A model generated the notes under the pieces. That model ran no database searches, was not told where the DNA came from, and worked only from the letters and a program-made list of their open reading frames with translations. From positions 100,318,001 through 100,382,000 of the forward strand of contig NC_045697.1 in the NCBI RefSeq assembly GCF_009834535.1: a stretch of 64,000 nt of DNA, written 5' to 3'. Below are positions 42,679 to 56,824 of this stretch, in pieces; within the stretch, counting starts at the first letter, position 1; the number at the start of each line of letters is the position of its first letter. This DNA is from Camelus ferus. Lineage: Eukaryota. The position numbers were made by a program, and so were the translations under genes.

Positions 42679-43050
42679 TAGACTGACTTTGAAACATTCT
42701 GGATGCTCTTCTTAAGATTTTTTTCAGAATACTGTCAATCCTAAGTACTGGCACTGTTTTGATTGTCAATTTAGTTGGAAAAGGGATTTGTACCAGTAGT
42801 AATAGGCAATGGTATGATTATTTACCTATGTAGGTAGGAGGAGAGTTACAGGAAAGTAAGTATCTCTGAGCATTATGAGTATGATCTGAGTAGCTAGGGC
42901 ATAGTGGGAGTTTACTCTTTTATGGTTTAATTTGTCAGTTTTATTTTAAGCCTTTATCTGAACAAAAACTGCTGTACCATTTTGACATAAATCTAAAATA
43001 ATTTGCTATCTTTTCTGAGGAGTTTTGTAGGTACGAGTTTTTAAAATTAA

Positions 43051-43251
<201 letters not shown>

Positions 43252-43589
43252 TAAGTGTTAAACTTAATGAGAAAGGAATCCAGTTTTTCATGTAGCCTCT
43301 TATGGATTGTAATTTAATTTAATATATTTTCTTTTTCTATAAAAAATTCAGAACACATAGTCCATTTTTTTTCCAATAGGGGTACCAGTGGCCTTTTGGT
43401 TGGGTCAGTTCTTCCTTTTGTGGGATTGATCGGGCATTGCAGGACTTGTAGCAGTCTTGATCCTGAATGCTAACTGTTATTTTCGTCTCCCAGTTATTAT
43501 AACAAGTAACCACCCTCCCCCCCCCACCTCATTTCCTAATGTCCCCTGGTAAGTGGTATACCCCTAGTTTGTTCCTGCTAATTGGGTTC

Positions 43590-43760
43590 GGTGACTCTTA
43601 GGCAGGAGTGTGCATCAGAAACACCTCTGAAGGTTTTTTAAAAATATAGGTGCCCAAGCCTTACCCCTGGGGATTGTTTTTATGTTTGTGGTGGATGCCC
43701 AGTATCTTATTTAACTTGTGCATGTAATTCTCATGTATAGTCCAGTTTGAGAACCAGTGT
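43590..43760 (+). mobile_element. MER5-like hAT MITE
   Basis: TGCATCAGAAACACCT...AGTTTGAGAACCAGTG. Confidence 0.6.
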
Positions 43761-44139
43761 TACTGATTGGTGATGGTTTCATCTTTACAGATAGATTGCA
43801 TTTTATTTCTACTCTGTTAATCTCTCAAAAGCTCAAGTTTTTGATTCAAGTATCACTTGAATCCTACTTATTGACTGTATATGTTTGGGCAAATGGCCGA
43901 ATCTTTCTAAACCTGAGTTTCGTTATGTATTAAATGAAGATGCTAATTTTTCAGAGTTCATTGAGATGAGAATTCATGTAAAGCATAAGTATGGTACCTG
44001 GCACTTAGAAAGCCCTTATTAAGTAGTAGATACCATTTCAGGAAGGACTGAAATTCTAAGTTCACTTCCTTGAATTTGATTCTTGTTCTGATGCAAAATC
44101 CCTATACTTATCTATAGAGTTGCTAAGTCATCAGTCTAA

Positions 44140-44140
<1 letters not shown>

Positions 44141-44204
<64 letters not shown>
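44141..44204. repeat. Perfect (AC)n microsatellite, about 32 units, intronic
   Basis: Directly visible. Confidence 0.98.
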
Positions 44205-44205
<1 letters not shown>

Positions 44206-45184
44206 ATGTTAATTCTTGCAGTATTTGTAAAGAATATCTCAAAGATTAAAGGAACATCTCGAAGTATTTAGCATTTTTGAGCTGTTCTTGGGCTTCTGCA
44301 GAACGTATAATATAAAAATTGGGTTACTTTATTTGGGGCTTGAGAGCTTTGTGTATTTTATAGCATTTAAACCCCAAAGACAGGCAACTGTGAGCTTAAG
44401 GCTATAATTCCATCAAGAAGTTTTTAGTGATTCAGTAAAAGACAAAGGAAAATAAAGACACTGAATATAATTGAAAGGATTTTAAGATCAATCTATTAAC
44501 CATGTCTTTGATACCTCATATTAAAGTCACTCTCATTGCACATAAACAGATTTCCTTGGCTTACTATAATTTATCCTCTTTACTTTTTTTCCCATTGCTT
44601 TGTTTTTTCTTTGCCATTCTTCCTTTACTAGTTACCATTCACTGTTTGAAATATTTTCTCTGAAATACTGTCCTAATCATACATTTAAGCCCCAAATAAT
44701 TTGTTTTTATTCCCTTAATTGGTCACATCTCATCATTTTTGGATTTGACCTTACAGCTATGAATTGGAAGATTCAGAAATTCTTTAAAATACTTATTTAC
44801 CTGCATAACTGGTGAGAAGGATGTTTTGAGGGGGAAAAAAACACGTGTTTTCTCCGCCTTTTATTTTTTTTAATAATTAAAATGGCCGGGGGGCTTCGAA
44901 TTTAAATGGCTTATTGTCAGCCAGCTTTGGTGTAATCCCAGCCTGCTTTCTTTTAAAATACTCTGAAGATATAAAATAGATACAAAAAGAAAACCATTCC
45001 CCAGTCTAAAAACAGGAATGTCACACTATTTTGTAGAATCTGGGAGAAGTGTATTTTTTAATGTAAGTTCAAGATTTTAACTCTTGGGGAGAAAAATTAC
45101 AGGGCAGTGAACTGGAGAGTCTGTGTGTGGGATTGAGGTATTTAGGGGAGGAAGACCTGCAGGGCCACATTTCATCCTAGTGGT

Positions 45185-45283
45185 TTGGGTTCCCAGAGGT
45201 AAAGGTAAGGGTGTGATAGACAACGAATTTCTTGGGTTCCCAGAGGTAAAGGTAAGGGTGTGATAGACAGCGAATTTCTTGGG
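45185..45283. repeat. 47-bp tandem duplication (2 copies, 1 mismatch)
   Basis: TTGGGTTCCCAGAGGTAAAGGTAAGGGTGTGATAGACA(A/G)CGAATTTC x2, then TTGGG. Confidence 0.95.
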
Positions 45284-46631
45284 ATTGTGTCTTTGTGGCA
45301 CATCAAAGATTCAGGTGGTGGGAATGGGGAAAGATTCTATATTAGAAATGCCTGGTGCCCACTGAGAAATTGGATTGGGTGCTTTGTACTTTCAGTATGT
45401 GTTCTGGTTCTGTATTTGAAAGAGACTTGACTTCAGCATTTTGATTATATTTATCCTTTTTTTGACTGAATGAAGAATGAACCTAAGAACTCTTGGGCAT
45501 ATCTTCAAGTAGATATGATTGAGATTGCAGGTTTTTTTCCCCCACCATTGTGAAATAATATAGTTATTATTGGAATAATTTGGTATACTTACATATGCCT
45601 AACATATAGTAAGTACTTGGTTGATTTTTACTTTTATTATTAGCATATAGGACCAGTAATACAACTGTGTCTGAATTAGTGGTGTTACTGTGGAAGAATG
45701 CAGGATAGCTGGACAGAAGCAATAATAATACACATAATTGAGAACATTTTGAGTTAAAAAAAAAAATTTCCTGTTCAGATTGAAAAGGCTCCCCATGAAC
45801 CAGGCAGACTTATATAAAAGAATCCCCAAGTTAGAAACAACTAGTCAGATATTTGAATTATAAAGATAGATATCCTTTTGTTTATTTTTTTAAGACCTCT
45901 AAGTAAATTGAAAGTTAATAGTTTATATTCAGACTTTACCAGAGTAAGGTTCAGTTTATTTTCTCTTTCCTGTAACTCTCCAGTTATTTTTGTCTTCCGT
46001 ATTTTGGTATATTCAGTTGTGCCAGATGTTTTGGTGTTTCCAAAATATTTGCTAAATACTTAAGTTTAGATTTTTTTTTCTCGTTAATTGTAGATAATGA
46101 CCAAAATTAATGTGCCTTACTGACTAAAATAGAGATAAAACATTTTGGGATTTTTTTTCCATCTGTTTTACTGCCACTTGAACATTATTTTCTGTGTATA
46201 GTCATGCTTTTCCACATGAAGGATTCTATTCTCTTATCAAAAGTTTGCAAAGAAAGGCAATAGTGTACACCACCAGGAGAGAATATATATTAATGGGGAC
46301 AATTACTCTTTTAAAAATTTAACCATTATATCAGTAGGGGAATAGTCCAGCCAGTGTCATGGAAAAAATATGTTTTGCCATTTCAGTTTTCTAAATGTAA
46401 TTAATGAAGTTTGCTGTCTCCTAGGTTTGGAGTAATAGAAGGAGATTGGAGGATAATGAGAGCTGTAGAAGTGAAAGAATGCTGGGCATGTGCAGTTGCT
46501 GGTTCCCTTCCATCTGGCTGGGGAGTCCATCTCATTTTATGTCTCTTCTAGGTTATGAGACAGAAAAAAATGTTGGTAATTGATAGTTTCATTCCCAGTT
46601 TGAATCTGGATATTATGTACTTTCCCCACAG

Positions 46632-46678
46632 GTGTTTCATGTAATCGGCTTGGTCAGCATTCCTGTCTCCGTTGTAAG
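46632..46678 (+). CDS. ZNF330: ZNF330 coding exon 7 (CVSCNRLGQHSCLRCK)
   Basis: CCCCACAG acceptor, GTATAC donor. Confidence 0.95.
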
Positions 46679-47049
46679 GTATACTCTTGTATTTTTTATT
46701 TTGAGGTTGATTTTAATCCCCATAGTCATCCATCAGCCCTTGGATTATATATCTATAATCAATCTACAAGGGTCTTAAACGTTATATAGTTTAATTCTTT
46801 TATTTTATAGATTGTGGAATTGAAAGCTTAGAGACTTTCCAAAAGGCATCCAGTTGGCTTGTCTCAGAGTTGACACTAATGCACATGTTTTCTGAATCTT
46901 AGTGTTTTTATACCTCAGATTTATGGAGAACATTTGACCAAAATGATGGGAGTACATTTTAATTAATATCAAAGTGCACTTGCTTCAGAGAGTTTGAATA
47001 AAGTGAAGATTTCCGTAATGTTCTGTTTCCTTAGACCTTGTCTTGAGCA

Positions 47050-47460
47050 CTTCCATTTGTCAAAGATCACTAAACAGGTGCAGCTGATTGACTTCCTCTC
47101 AGAAATATTTCTTTGGTTCTTTCTTATATTCCTAACTCTCTCTTAATTCTCTCCCAACTCTTCTTCAATTTTGTCTATGCTGTTTCCTCTGCCTTAGATC
47201 ACTCACCCATCTTTGCTTACCCTGCTGCACCTCATTCTCCTTCAGATCTCAGCTAAGACTTCATGTCTCCCAGCAAGCCTTTCCTGAATCCGTGTCTGAT
47301 TTAGCTCCTCTGCGCTTCCCTTTCAGTGTCTGGTGTCGTGTAGCTGCCTCTCTACTTGTCTGTGTCCCCAGATAGACTCTGGACTCTGTGTGGGTAGAGA
47401 AGCTGCTTACCATTATGTCATCATAGGCTTTGTGAATACTCAGATTTATGAATAAATGTG
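47050..47460 (+). mobile_element. L2 3' fragment
   Basis: TCCTTCAGATCTCAGCT...AAGCCTTTCCTGA...ATGAATAAATG. Confidence 0.7.
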
Positions 47461-47690
47461 TCTCACATCATACCTTGTGTATACTCTCTGCCCTGTGTTA
47501 GTCCATAGTTCACAAGAGTCCTGGCAAAGACCATTTCCCAATCGGGAGTGTGACCAATCCCAACAAAACTCTTAATCTCTGCTCTAACAAAAGTCTATCT
47601 TTACGTTTAAATTTCCTTGAAATACTGAGTGATGTCTTCATATATTTTTTGATGAATTACTTATTGCTTGTTTTTATTTCTTCTATATAG

Positions 47691-47837
<147 letters not shown>

Positions 47838-48944
47838 TGATTTTGCTTTCATGCTTGAACAAGATTTGTCTTTTTTTTTTTTTCTCTTTATATATATATA
47901 TATAAATTTTTTTTTGCCTTTTCTTCATATTTAAAAAGATGAATGTGTTCTTTTAAGCAAATGGAATTTTGTAGCCTTGAAAATCTGTGGGTAAAATTTC
48001 TCAATTTAACTTAAGAAATACAGTATCAGTCACTTTGATATTTAGCATTTGCTTCAGTTAATGACATAGTGAATACTGAAATTTAAGACCAAAAAGAATG
48101 ATTTTTCTGTTTTTGCTGAGGCTTCCTTGTTAAATAATTGAGTAGTAATAAATCCTTAATATTCAAGTGCTGGTAATCTTCAACGCTTGGAAGTTGGAAT
48201 TCATATTCTTAGGTGTGTGGAATTTGAGCAGAGATGCTTATTATGTTATACATCACTACTGTAGGAAATTGTTTTATGGTTTTTATGTAACTTTTCTATG
48301 AAGGAATGAGACTACTACAAAAATGCTTGCAGTAATGCAACTCACAGTTTTGTTAAAGAGAATTTGACTCTTTACCAGTCATATCAGGATGGAACCATAA
48401 TTCTAAATGACTCTGATGGTACTTTGTTTAATCAAAGATACAGTTACACAATGAGGTGAGACGTTATTTTCTTGCACTAAACTTTGTGTTGCTGCTAAGG
48501 CAGAAGAGGAAGTGAAAGGCTTTGTCTTTTAGGACATCTGAATTATAAAATAGTTCTCTCAAGAAAACGTAATGACATATGAAATCAACTCCTCTGTGAT
48601 TTGAAAATAAACTTTTAATCAAGCAAAAGGCATTTTAGTTTTTAACACAGCTGATTTAACTTAGGTATGGAGAGTGCTGCTATTCTTTTATTGTTTTCCA
48701 ACTTTTTCTAGATTTAATGAAATGACACTGTCATCTTTATTGTTTATTGTATATGATGTGTATTTAGATTCTGAGTAGGATAGAACTGACTGTTATTTCT
48801 AAAATCTCCTATCTTTCCAATTAGGTATCAAGTGAGGAAATAAGGAAAATGTGACGTTTTCATTTGAGGGTAAAAAGAACCAGTGAGGTTCACGTAATGT
48901 TCTCTGTTGTAGAGGAAAATGAGGATGTAGAGGATTGGAACTAA

Positions 48945-49250
<306 letters not shown>

Positions 49251-49905
49251 AAGAGCTGCTTGCCCGCTGGTGACCTTGTCTGAGAGGAGTTGGACCGTGT
49301 GTGCTTGGTGAGTCACGTGTAGATGTTCAAAAGTACGTACTGTCACTTAGTCACACTTACTGGGGCAAGGAGTAGGGCATAGCATTTTTATAGGAACTGA
49401 TAGTCAGGCTTCTAGCATAAGAAAAATGAGTTTTAAATGCAAGATATTTATTGATTCAAGCAACTGAAGTATCATAGATTAGATTTTTACTGATTTCAGT
49501 AATCTAGTAGGTTTGCCAATTAAATACATACACAGGATAAAGGACTAGGATGGTAATATATTTGTTGGAAATTAAATTGCTGTTTTTATTAAAAACACTG
49601 CTTATAAAATCATTTTGTCTGATTTTGTAAAATGTAATGGGTAAAATGAATTGTTATATTTTTCCTTGTTTGTCCACAGGCTATAAGTCAGATGCTATAT
49701 ACTAAATTATCATTAAATGTTCATGTTATCTTAGGTAGCTATACATGTTTTAGCAACTGACTTATTGATCTCTTTCTTCGCAGTGTATGTCCTGAACAGT
49801 ACTTGTTATTAACGTCTAAATGTATAGACAGAGGTGACTATTTTTCAGAGACACAATCAGTATTATTACACAGATGTTTTACCCAGGAAATTTCATTTCT
49901 CTTTG

Positions 49906-49911
49906 AATAAA
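49906..49911 (+). terminator. ZNF330: Poly(A) signal AATAAA of ZNF330 (3'UTR about 49251-49930)
   Basis: First canonical AATAAA noticed after the stop, with T-rich sequence downstream. ATTAAA variants at about 49519, 49571 and 49588 may be proximal sites. Confidence 0.7.
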
Positions 49912-50039
49912 TCTAGTATTTCACTTACATATTTTTGATATTCAATTTCTTGTTCTTAGTATTTTAAGCCTGCTTTGGAAGGCATCCAGTATTTTTGTAC
50001 AACTGTTTCACTTTGTGTCTAATGTGTGAAATGGGTAGC

Positions 50040-51830
50040 AGAGATGACTAGCGTGGCAGACACAGAGTGATGCAGCCGGGCCTGTCATTCCTGGGGGTGG
50101 AGAGCGTTGCTGGCACAGGTTCTAGTGGCCACACTTTACACTGACAGTGAATTGATGGTTTGTTAGAAAGGAAGGCATCATCAGACCGGCTGGCATTTGA
50201 GAAGTATGGGGAGGACTGTAGCCGGGAGGGTAACAGGGTTGGATGGCTGTTGCTAAGCCATCATTATTCCATAGAAACATAATGAACAGCTGAGGGCAGT
50301 AACAGGCATTAGGAAGCCAGGTGTGGAAGCCAGAGGCCTCTAGATGCGTTTGGAAAAGCCTTCATCTCTTGTGGCAGGAGAGCCGAGAAAATGAAGGACC
50401 AGGCCCAGGACTTAATAGTCTGAGTGGATAACCTTCAAAGACAGTTGCCAATCAAGGCAGGTCTGTTAATCAAAGGTCAAGGCACTGTTTGGGAAAATCC
50501 GGGTCCCTGACAAGTGAGATGGAGACATCTCAGCGGATGCTGCCAAAGATTTTTCCTCCCCAGACTCCTGAACTTTCTGAGCCTGCAGTCTCAGCCCACT
50601 TCTTTCTGTTTAGGTGAAGCACCCCTCATCCACTCCTAAGCTGGATGACAACGCAGAGGTCCCTTTCTGCAGGTGACATGTGCCCCCTTCAGGACTTGCT
50701 CTGCCTCCATACCACTAGACCTAGAATTAGAGTTGCACAACTGTAATTGGGGTTAAGCAAAACTTAGCCAGAGAGATGCGTGGCTGATGAGACAGGAAAT
50801 AGACTGTACCCCAAAGGAGCTGCTAGAATTGGCCTGTATGTATTGGGAGGAGCTTGAGGGGTATGCCTGAGACTGGAATCTCGGGGGGGCTGATTTGGAG
50901 GGACAGAACATAAAGTTGGGGAGAGTCTGATGACAGCACCCACATTGGGTCCTTGGGTTGAAGGGTAAGAACTGTCTTAATAGAATTTAACAACCCAGCT
51001 AGGATCCTGCACGATGTTGTGAACTCTACCAGGATGGCTTCTAGAAACATGGAAAAAGCTGGGAGAGAAACTTGGAACAGATTCTCCCTGCGAGCCTCCA
51101 GAAGGAACACATCCTGCCAACACCTTGATTTCAGGCTGCTCGCCTCCTGAACTGTGACAGAGTACATTTCTGTTGTTTTAAGGCACCAAGTTTGTGGTGA
51201 TTTGTTATGACGGCCCTAGGCAAATGCCACGGGAAATAAGAGTGGCAGCGGGAGTTGCCATCACTCTCAGATTGACTGGGAAACATTTTGTTTCCCATCT
51301 CTGTGACTCTGGGCTCAGATGGTTACAATTCTGTGTCCTCCAAGGGGGCACCTTTCTTCAGGGTACCCAGTATAAACACTCCATTGAATTATAAACTGTG
51401 TCTGCCAACTTGGCTTTTTATGCCCAGGGACCCAACAGGCAAGAGAAATCACTGACTTGGCAGAGAGAAGCAACTCTCTTCATCAGGAAGAAGTATGGCT
51501 GCTTTTATATGATGGTGACAGAAATTTGAGTGGAATCCAGGTGACTCACTTGAATTTTCTAGGTGCTCCTTTGCCCACTTGTGATAGTAAGTGGATGTGA
51601 CCAAACACGCCAGCCTGTGAAGGGCGTGGTGACTTCATCCCTGGGGGTGCTGACTGGGCCATGCCATCAGGTACACCACCCAGACTAGCAGAGGTAGTAG
51701 CTGTCAGCCTGCTTCCGGGTCTACCTCAGCTGCAGAGCTGCCTTGTCTGGATCAAGCCCTTCCCAAGGCACGGCATGCATCTGGTGACGGAGCAACTGGC
51801 TTGGCTATTGTGGCTCAGTGTGGCTCAACC
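50040..51830 (+). mobile_element. ERVL internal remnant with an MLT1 3' half (about 51040-51225) and a partial LTR16-like end
   Basis: Homologous to 30.8-31.3 kb; MLT1 motif GATTCTCCCTGCGAGCCTCCAGAAGGAAC...CCAACACCTTGATTTC. Confidence 0.7.
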
Positions 51831-52981
51831 ATGACAAGTAGCTATTAAGGTAATATCCCTGTACAAAATCTAGTAACTGACACTTAACCACATTGGTTAA
51901 ATATATTTCCCTCCTTTGCATTTTGCTCCTGGATTGGCAAGCTCTTCGATAGAATGCAATGATGTATGTGAGGCTGACCTTTATAAGTCACCTACCTCAA
52001 ACTTACGCTCATGCAGAATGTATTAGCCCATTTCAGAAAGGGAATAGACCTTATAGCACGCATGCCTGTACTTAACGGAATGACCCTGGCTACTTATTTG
52101 ACTAATGGGAACAATTCAAAGGATGCAACTTAATATGTCTAATCATATTTTGTGTTTATCCATCAGACATAGATAATACAAAGATAAGTTAGACATTGAA
52201 ACATTCTTAATAAAGAATCAGTTAAAACACAACATACATAAAGGCCAGAGGGTTTCTGAAAAAGAATCTCTGTAGGAAGACAAAAGAATGTGCTAAGTGC
52301 AATTTGCTAATTTTCCCAAATCTACACTGAGAGGCTTAGCTGCAAACCTATTCAGACTCTCAGTTCTTTCTCCATTTGGGACATCTGCTGGGCTCCACTA
52401 GGGTCCCCCTTTCCTGAGCTGTGACTTGTAAAATCTCTTACAGATAGTTGGGGCAACTGTAAGGCTCATCTTGTTAGTTTCACATCTCTTAGGGATCACT
52501 GTTTCCTTCATTATGTGATGTCCTGTGTCTTGAAAACTCATTTCATATACCTGTCTCTTATTTTCCAGGTGGGAGAGTAAATCTGGTCCCTGTTTCTCCA
52601 ATCTGACTGAAGTGCAGTCATAATCTACATGTATTTTATTACATAGAAACCAGTTCCTCAGAGCTGACTCAGACATATTTTACATCCACATTTATAAGGA
52701 ATCTGTCAGTATTTTTAATCCACCAAAGAACAAAGGAATGAAAAAATCTCCTTGCAGTACTATGCATATCTGTCCTAACTCTGTTAACTTAGTTGTATTA
52801 GTAATCTTGCTTAAAAAAAAACCGTCAGTGCTTTTCCATCAGTAAAAGAAGAATAATTATTACTACCAACTTTACATTTAGGCGTTATATGTTTAAAAGT
52901 TAACGTAAGTACGTGTTTTTACTTGTCAGGAGAAATGACAACCAGTCATCATTATTTTTAAAAAGGTTTTAAAAGTTACAT

Positions 52982-53572
52982 TTTGGAACTATAATTTGAA
53001 AAGATACATGCACCCCAATGTTCATAGCAGCACTTTTTACAATAGTCAAGGCATGGAGTCAACCTAAATGTCCATCAACAGATAATTGGATAAAGAATTC
53101 GTGAGGTAGGTAGGTAGGTAGATTGATAATGGAATATTACTCAGCCATAAAAAAGAATACAGTAATGCCATTTGCAGCAACATGGATGGATCTAGAGATT
53201 ATCATACCAAGTGAGATGTCAGACAGACAAATACCATGAGATACCACTTATATATGGAATCTAAAAAAATGACACAAATGAACTTACTTACAAAATGGAA
53301 ACAGACTCAGACAGAAAACTTACGGTTGCTGGGGGAAAGAGGGCAGGAAGGGATAAATTTGGAGTTCAGGATTTGTAGATACACACTACTATATATAAAA
53401 CAGATAAACTTCAAGGTCCTACTATATAGCACAGGGAACCATATTTAATATCTTACTATAACCTATAATGAAAAAGAATATGAAAAGGAATATATATATA
53501 TATATAAGTGAATCACTATGCTATATTCCTGAAACTAACAACATTGTAAATTGACTATACTTCAATTTTAAA
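52982..53572 (+). mobile_element. L1 3' end
   Basis: AAAGATACATGCACCCCAATGTTCATAGCAGC...; TSD AAAAGTTACAT at 52971-52981 and 53573-53583, at a TT/AAAA site. Confidence 0.93.
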
Positions 53573-54040
53573 AAAAGTTACATCAGAGAAGAAAATTCCT
53601 AAGGCTACCTGGGTGAGGGTCCTGTAGTCTGGATGGACCTCTTGGGGAGCATTTTGCTATTAACTTCTACACCCTAAAATGTTAGGCATCTGTGTCTCCA
53701 TGGTGACTGAGAGGCAGGGATAATAAAGGAGCCACACTTTGCAGGCCTGGAGCAGATTTACAAAGTTAGAAAGAACTATAAGTGTCATCTATTTTAATTT
53801 CTCTCCCTATTAAGGAGTCTTCTGTAGATCACTGACTAAGTTTATCCAAACTACTTTGATACTGTGCTTTTTTTTTTTTATATATAGTTGTGGCTATAGT
53901 TTAACAGGAAATGCATATTATCATACAGAGTATGGTTTGCTTACTTAATCATATGTGCTTGAGGCTTAAATAGATAGGATCATGGGATCCTGACTCATGC
54001 ATAGTTTCAGATTTTTGGCAGCATTAAAAATCTATCTTAG

Positions 54041-54538
54041 TGTGGTAGGCAGAATAATGGCTTCCCAAAGATGCCCACATCTTAATCCCAGGAAACTGTG
54101 AGTATGTTACATTACATTTTGAAATTAAAGTAACACTGTTAAATTTGCTAAGCTGCTGATCTTAAAATAGGGAGATTATTTTGTGTTGTTTGGTTGGGAC
54201 CAATGTAAACTGGGTTCTTCAACTTGAGGAGGAGGGAGGGGAAGAAAAGGTCACAGTGACAAGATGTGAAAAAAACTCAGGTCTCCCTTGCTGGCTTTGA
54301 GTATCAAGGAGACTGCAAACCAAGAATATGAGAAGCCTCTAGACAACGGAAAAGGCAGGGAAGCGGGTTCTCCCCTGGAGCCGTCAGAAAGGAACACAGC
54401 CTCACCAACACCTTCAGTTTAGTCCAGTGAGACCTGTGTCACACTCCTAACCTGTAGGTCTGCAAGGTAATAAATTTGCATCGTTTCAAACCACTAAATT
54501 TGTGGTAATTTGTTACAGGACAATAGGAAACTAACAGA
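54041..54538 (+). mobile_element. MLT1C/D MaLR solo LTR
   Basis: TGTGGTAGGCAGAATAATGGC...GGAAACTAACAGA; 5-bp TSD CTTAG on both sides. Confidence 0.92.
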
Positions 54539-56277
54539 CTTAGTTATTTCCAACACCTTAGATGAAAGTGTCAACACCTTGGCCTGTTTCACATAACTAT
54601 AGAATCAAACGTTATCACATAGAATAGTATTTCCAACCAAAATTTAAAGGCTCCCAGAGTTTACTGTGAAGTGATTATTAGCTAAATCATAAGTTAGGTG
54701 TAGAAATTTATAGCTTGAGCAAGTCCTCAAAAAGAGAAAGCAGAGGGTGGGAAAAAGTGTCTTGTACAACAATCAGCACGTTGTCTGATGGTGTTTACAG
54801 TAATGAAGAAATATAAAGCCGATACATGAAACTATACCCTTTGCGATATGGTCATCAGGCTGCAATGAAAACCAAAGATGCTAACTTATTGATATTAGCA
54901 GCCATCGTGGTGGTTATATTTGGTCTCTGGAGTTCTTTATTCAGTACTGCCTATGAGCTTTTTGTAGACCAATGAGGACCAAGTCGTTAATGCACTGTCA
55001 AAACAAACTCATTGGAGAAGTAAGATTTCTGTACAACTTCCCTGGGCGAGATGCAGGTCTAAAATTCCACACTTGAGTTAACATGAGAAAAGGTACAGAG
55101 AGAAGAAATGCTCTGTGACTGTTTTTCATATCTGAGACCTTGCACAGCCCTGAGAATGCAGTTGTGGACTCCCTGGGATGTATCAGTTACAAGGGCATAG
55201 CTGCTGTTGTGCAAAATCTACGAGCTAAACACCGGTGTAAAAGGCAGAGTAAAAATAGCAACGGACTCTCTAAATAGCTCACGCCACTGAAGCAAAATCT
55301 ATTTTTTTTACATAGTTAATGCCAGGAAATGACTACCGTGTAGTAGAACCACAATTATAAATATTCAGGGCTCACATACATGTGTGTGCTCACACACACT
55401 TACACACACACACTGCTATTTTAAAGTTTAAGATTTACATGTTACCTGTGTAACATCTCTGTAAGTTTAGTATAAAGGGTACTTCATTTACTTGAATCTA
55501 ATCTTGGATATCAAGTTTTTCTTAGCTTCCAAAAGAAAAAAAAACCAACAACAACAGTGTTTAAAATTTAAACATAATGACAGTAAGGTTTCCGTAGTCT
55601 GTATAGTTTTGACCTTTAAGTTTCTGGTGCCAACTACTGTCTAAGCCCATGAGTGTGTAATATACCTGATGAGCTCATCAAATCATCTTTGCTGATGACA
55701 TCTCTATTATAAAATAGAAATGTGCTTAATGCTACCAGACAATCATGAGAAAAAGGAGTGGTGTCACTGAAGCTTTATTTAGCTGGAGACTCTTTTTGTT
55801 GGATAAAAGGAAAGTTTAAAGAAAATATTTTTTCTCTGAATTTCAGTCTGGAATGCCACCCAGGTCTCTCAACTCAGCTTTGAACTTGAGTCTAAAGAAA
55901 ACGTTTGATCTTCTTTATCTTTCAACTTGACAAAATGTCCTTCTTCTTTGAAATTCCCTTTTTGTTTTATGCGTGCTTGTCCATGTGTTTTAGAGATATA
56001 AAGCTCTTGGGGGTAGGGGGCGAGTCTTTTTTGCTTAACCTCCTAAGTGTCTACTCCACCAAGTTTGCATTCCCAAAATATTGCTTATTAAAATCTTATT
56101 CTTCATCTAGTTTGGGAGTAATAGTAAGAGGTGTTGGATTTCTTTAGATTTTTCCCTTAGAGATTTTAAAAAATAAAAATGCTCAAAGGTAACAATTCCA
56201 TTCAAATATTCCTTGAGGCCATTCTGTATGGCAATAGCTAATGTTCAATGAAAGATTCATGACATAGCCAACAGGAT

Positions 56278-56824
56278 TGTTACCCCAAAAGGTAAAGACC
56301 TTGGTTCTTGTCATACCTGAAAGGCAGGTTTGCAGCTGGGAGACAGTGTGTTGTATAGCGAAAGATTTTAAAAGATTTATTTAATAAGAAAGAAAAAGTA
56401 CACCCCCAAGAACGGGAGGCAGGCTGATCTAAGGGAGGACAAGCAGCAGTTTTCATCTCCCCTTTCTCACACCCTCGCTTAGAGGTGGTCTCTTGCCTGA
56501 TTGACAGCTCTTACCCCTGGAGTGCTTAGTCCTGTTTGTCCCGTTTGCGCGTGCCCTTACCCAGGGCAAACACAGAAAACCCCCTGTGGTGGGGAGGAGA
56601 GCCTAAATCGCAATGTTAATTATAATACAATGAGCACTGGGCTGTGTCCCATTAAGTCTGTTCTGCTACCACTTAGTCCTGGCTGTCGGGTTTTAACCGG
56701 TTTCTTGCTGGCACTCCTGTAGAAATTAAGTCCCTTTACGCTGGGGGCGGGCATTTTCCGGACCATCCTCCCTCTCCTCCACCTATCTGATGCCCGATAC
56801 CCCTGTTTATCTAACTACCTAACA
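56278..56824 (-). mobile_element. ERV1-type solo LTR
   Basis: TGTTA...TAACA inverted termini, 4-bp flanks GGAT/GAAT, minus-strand AATAAA at 56376-56381, retained CpGs. Confidence 0.75.

Noticed and set aside
45185..45283. CRISPR-like repeat
   Set aside because: Two adjacent copies with no spacers, in a mammalian intron.
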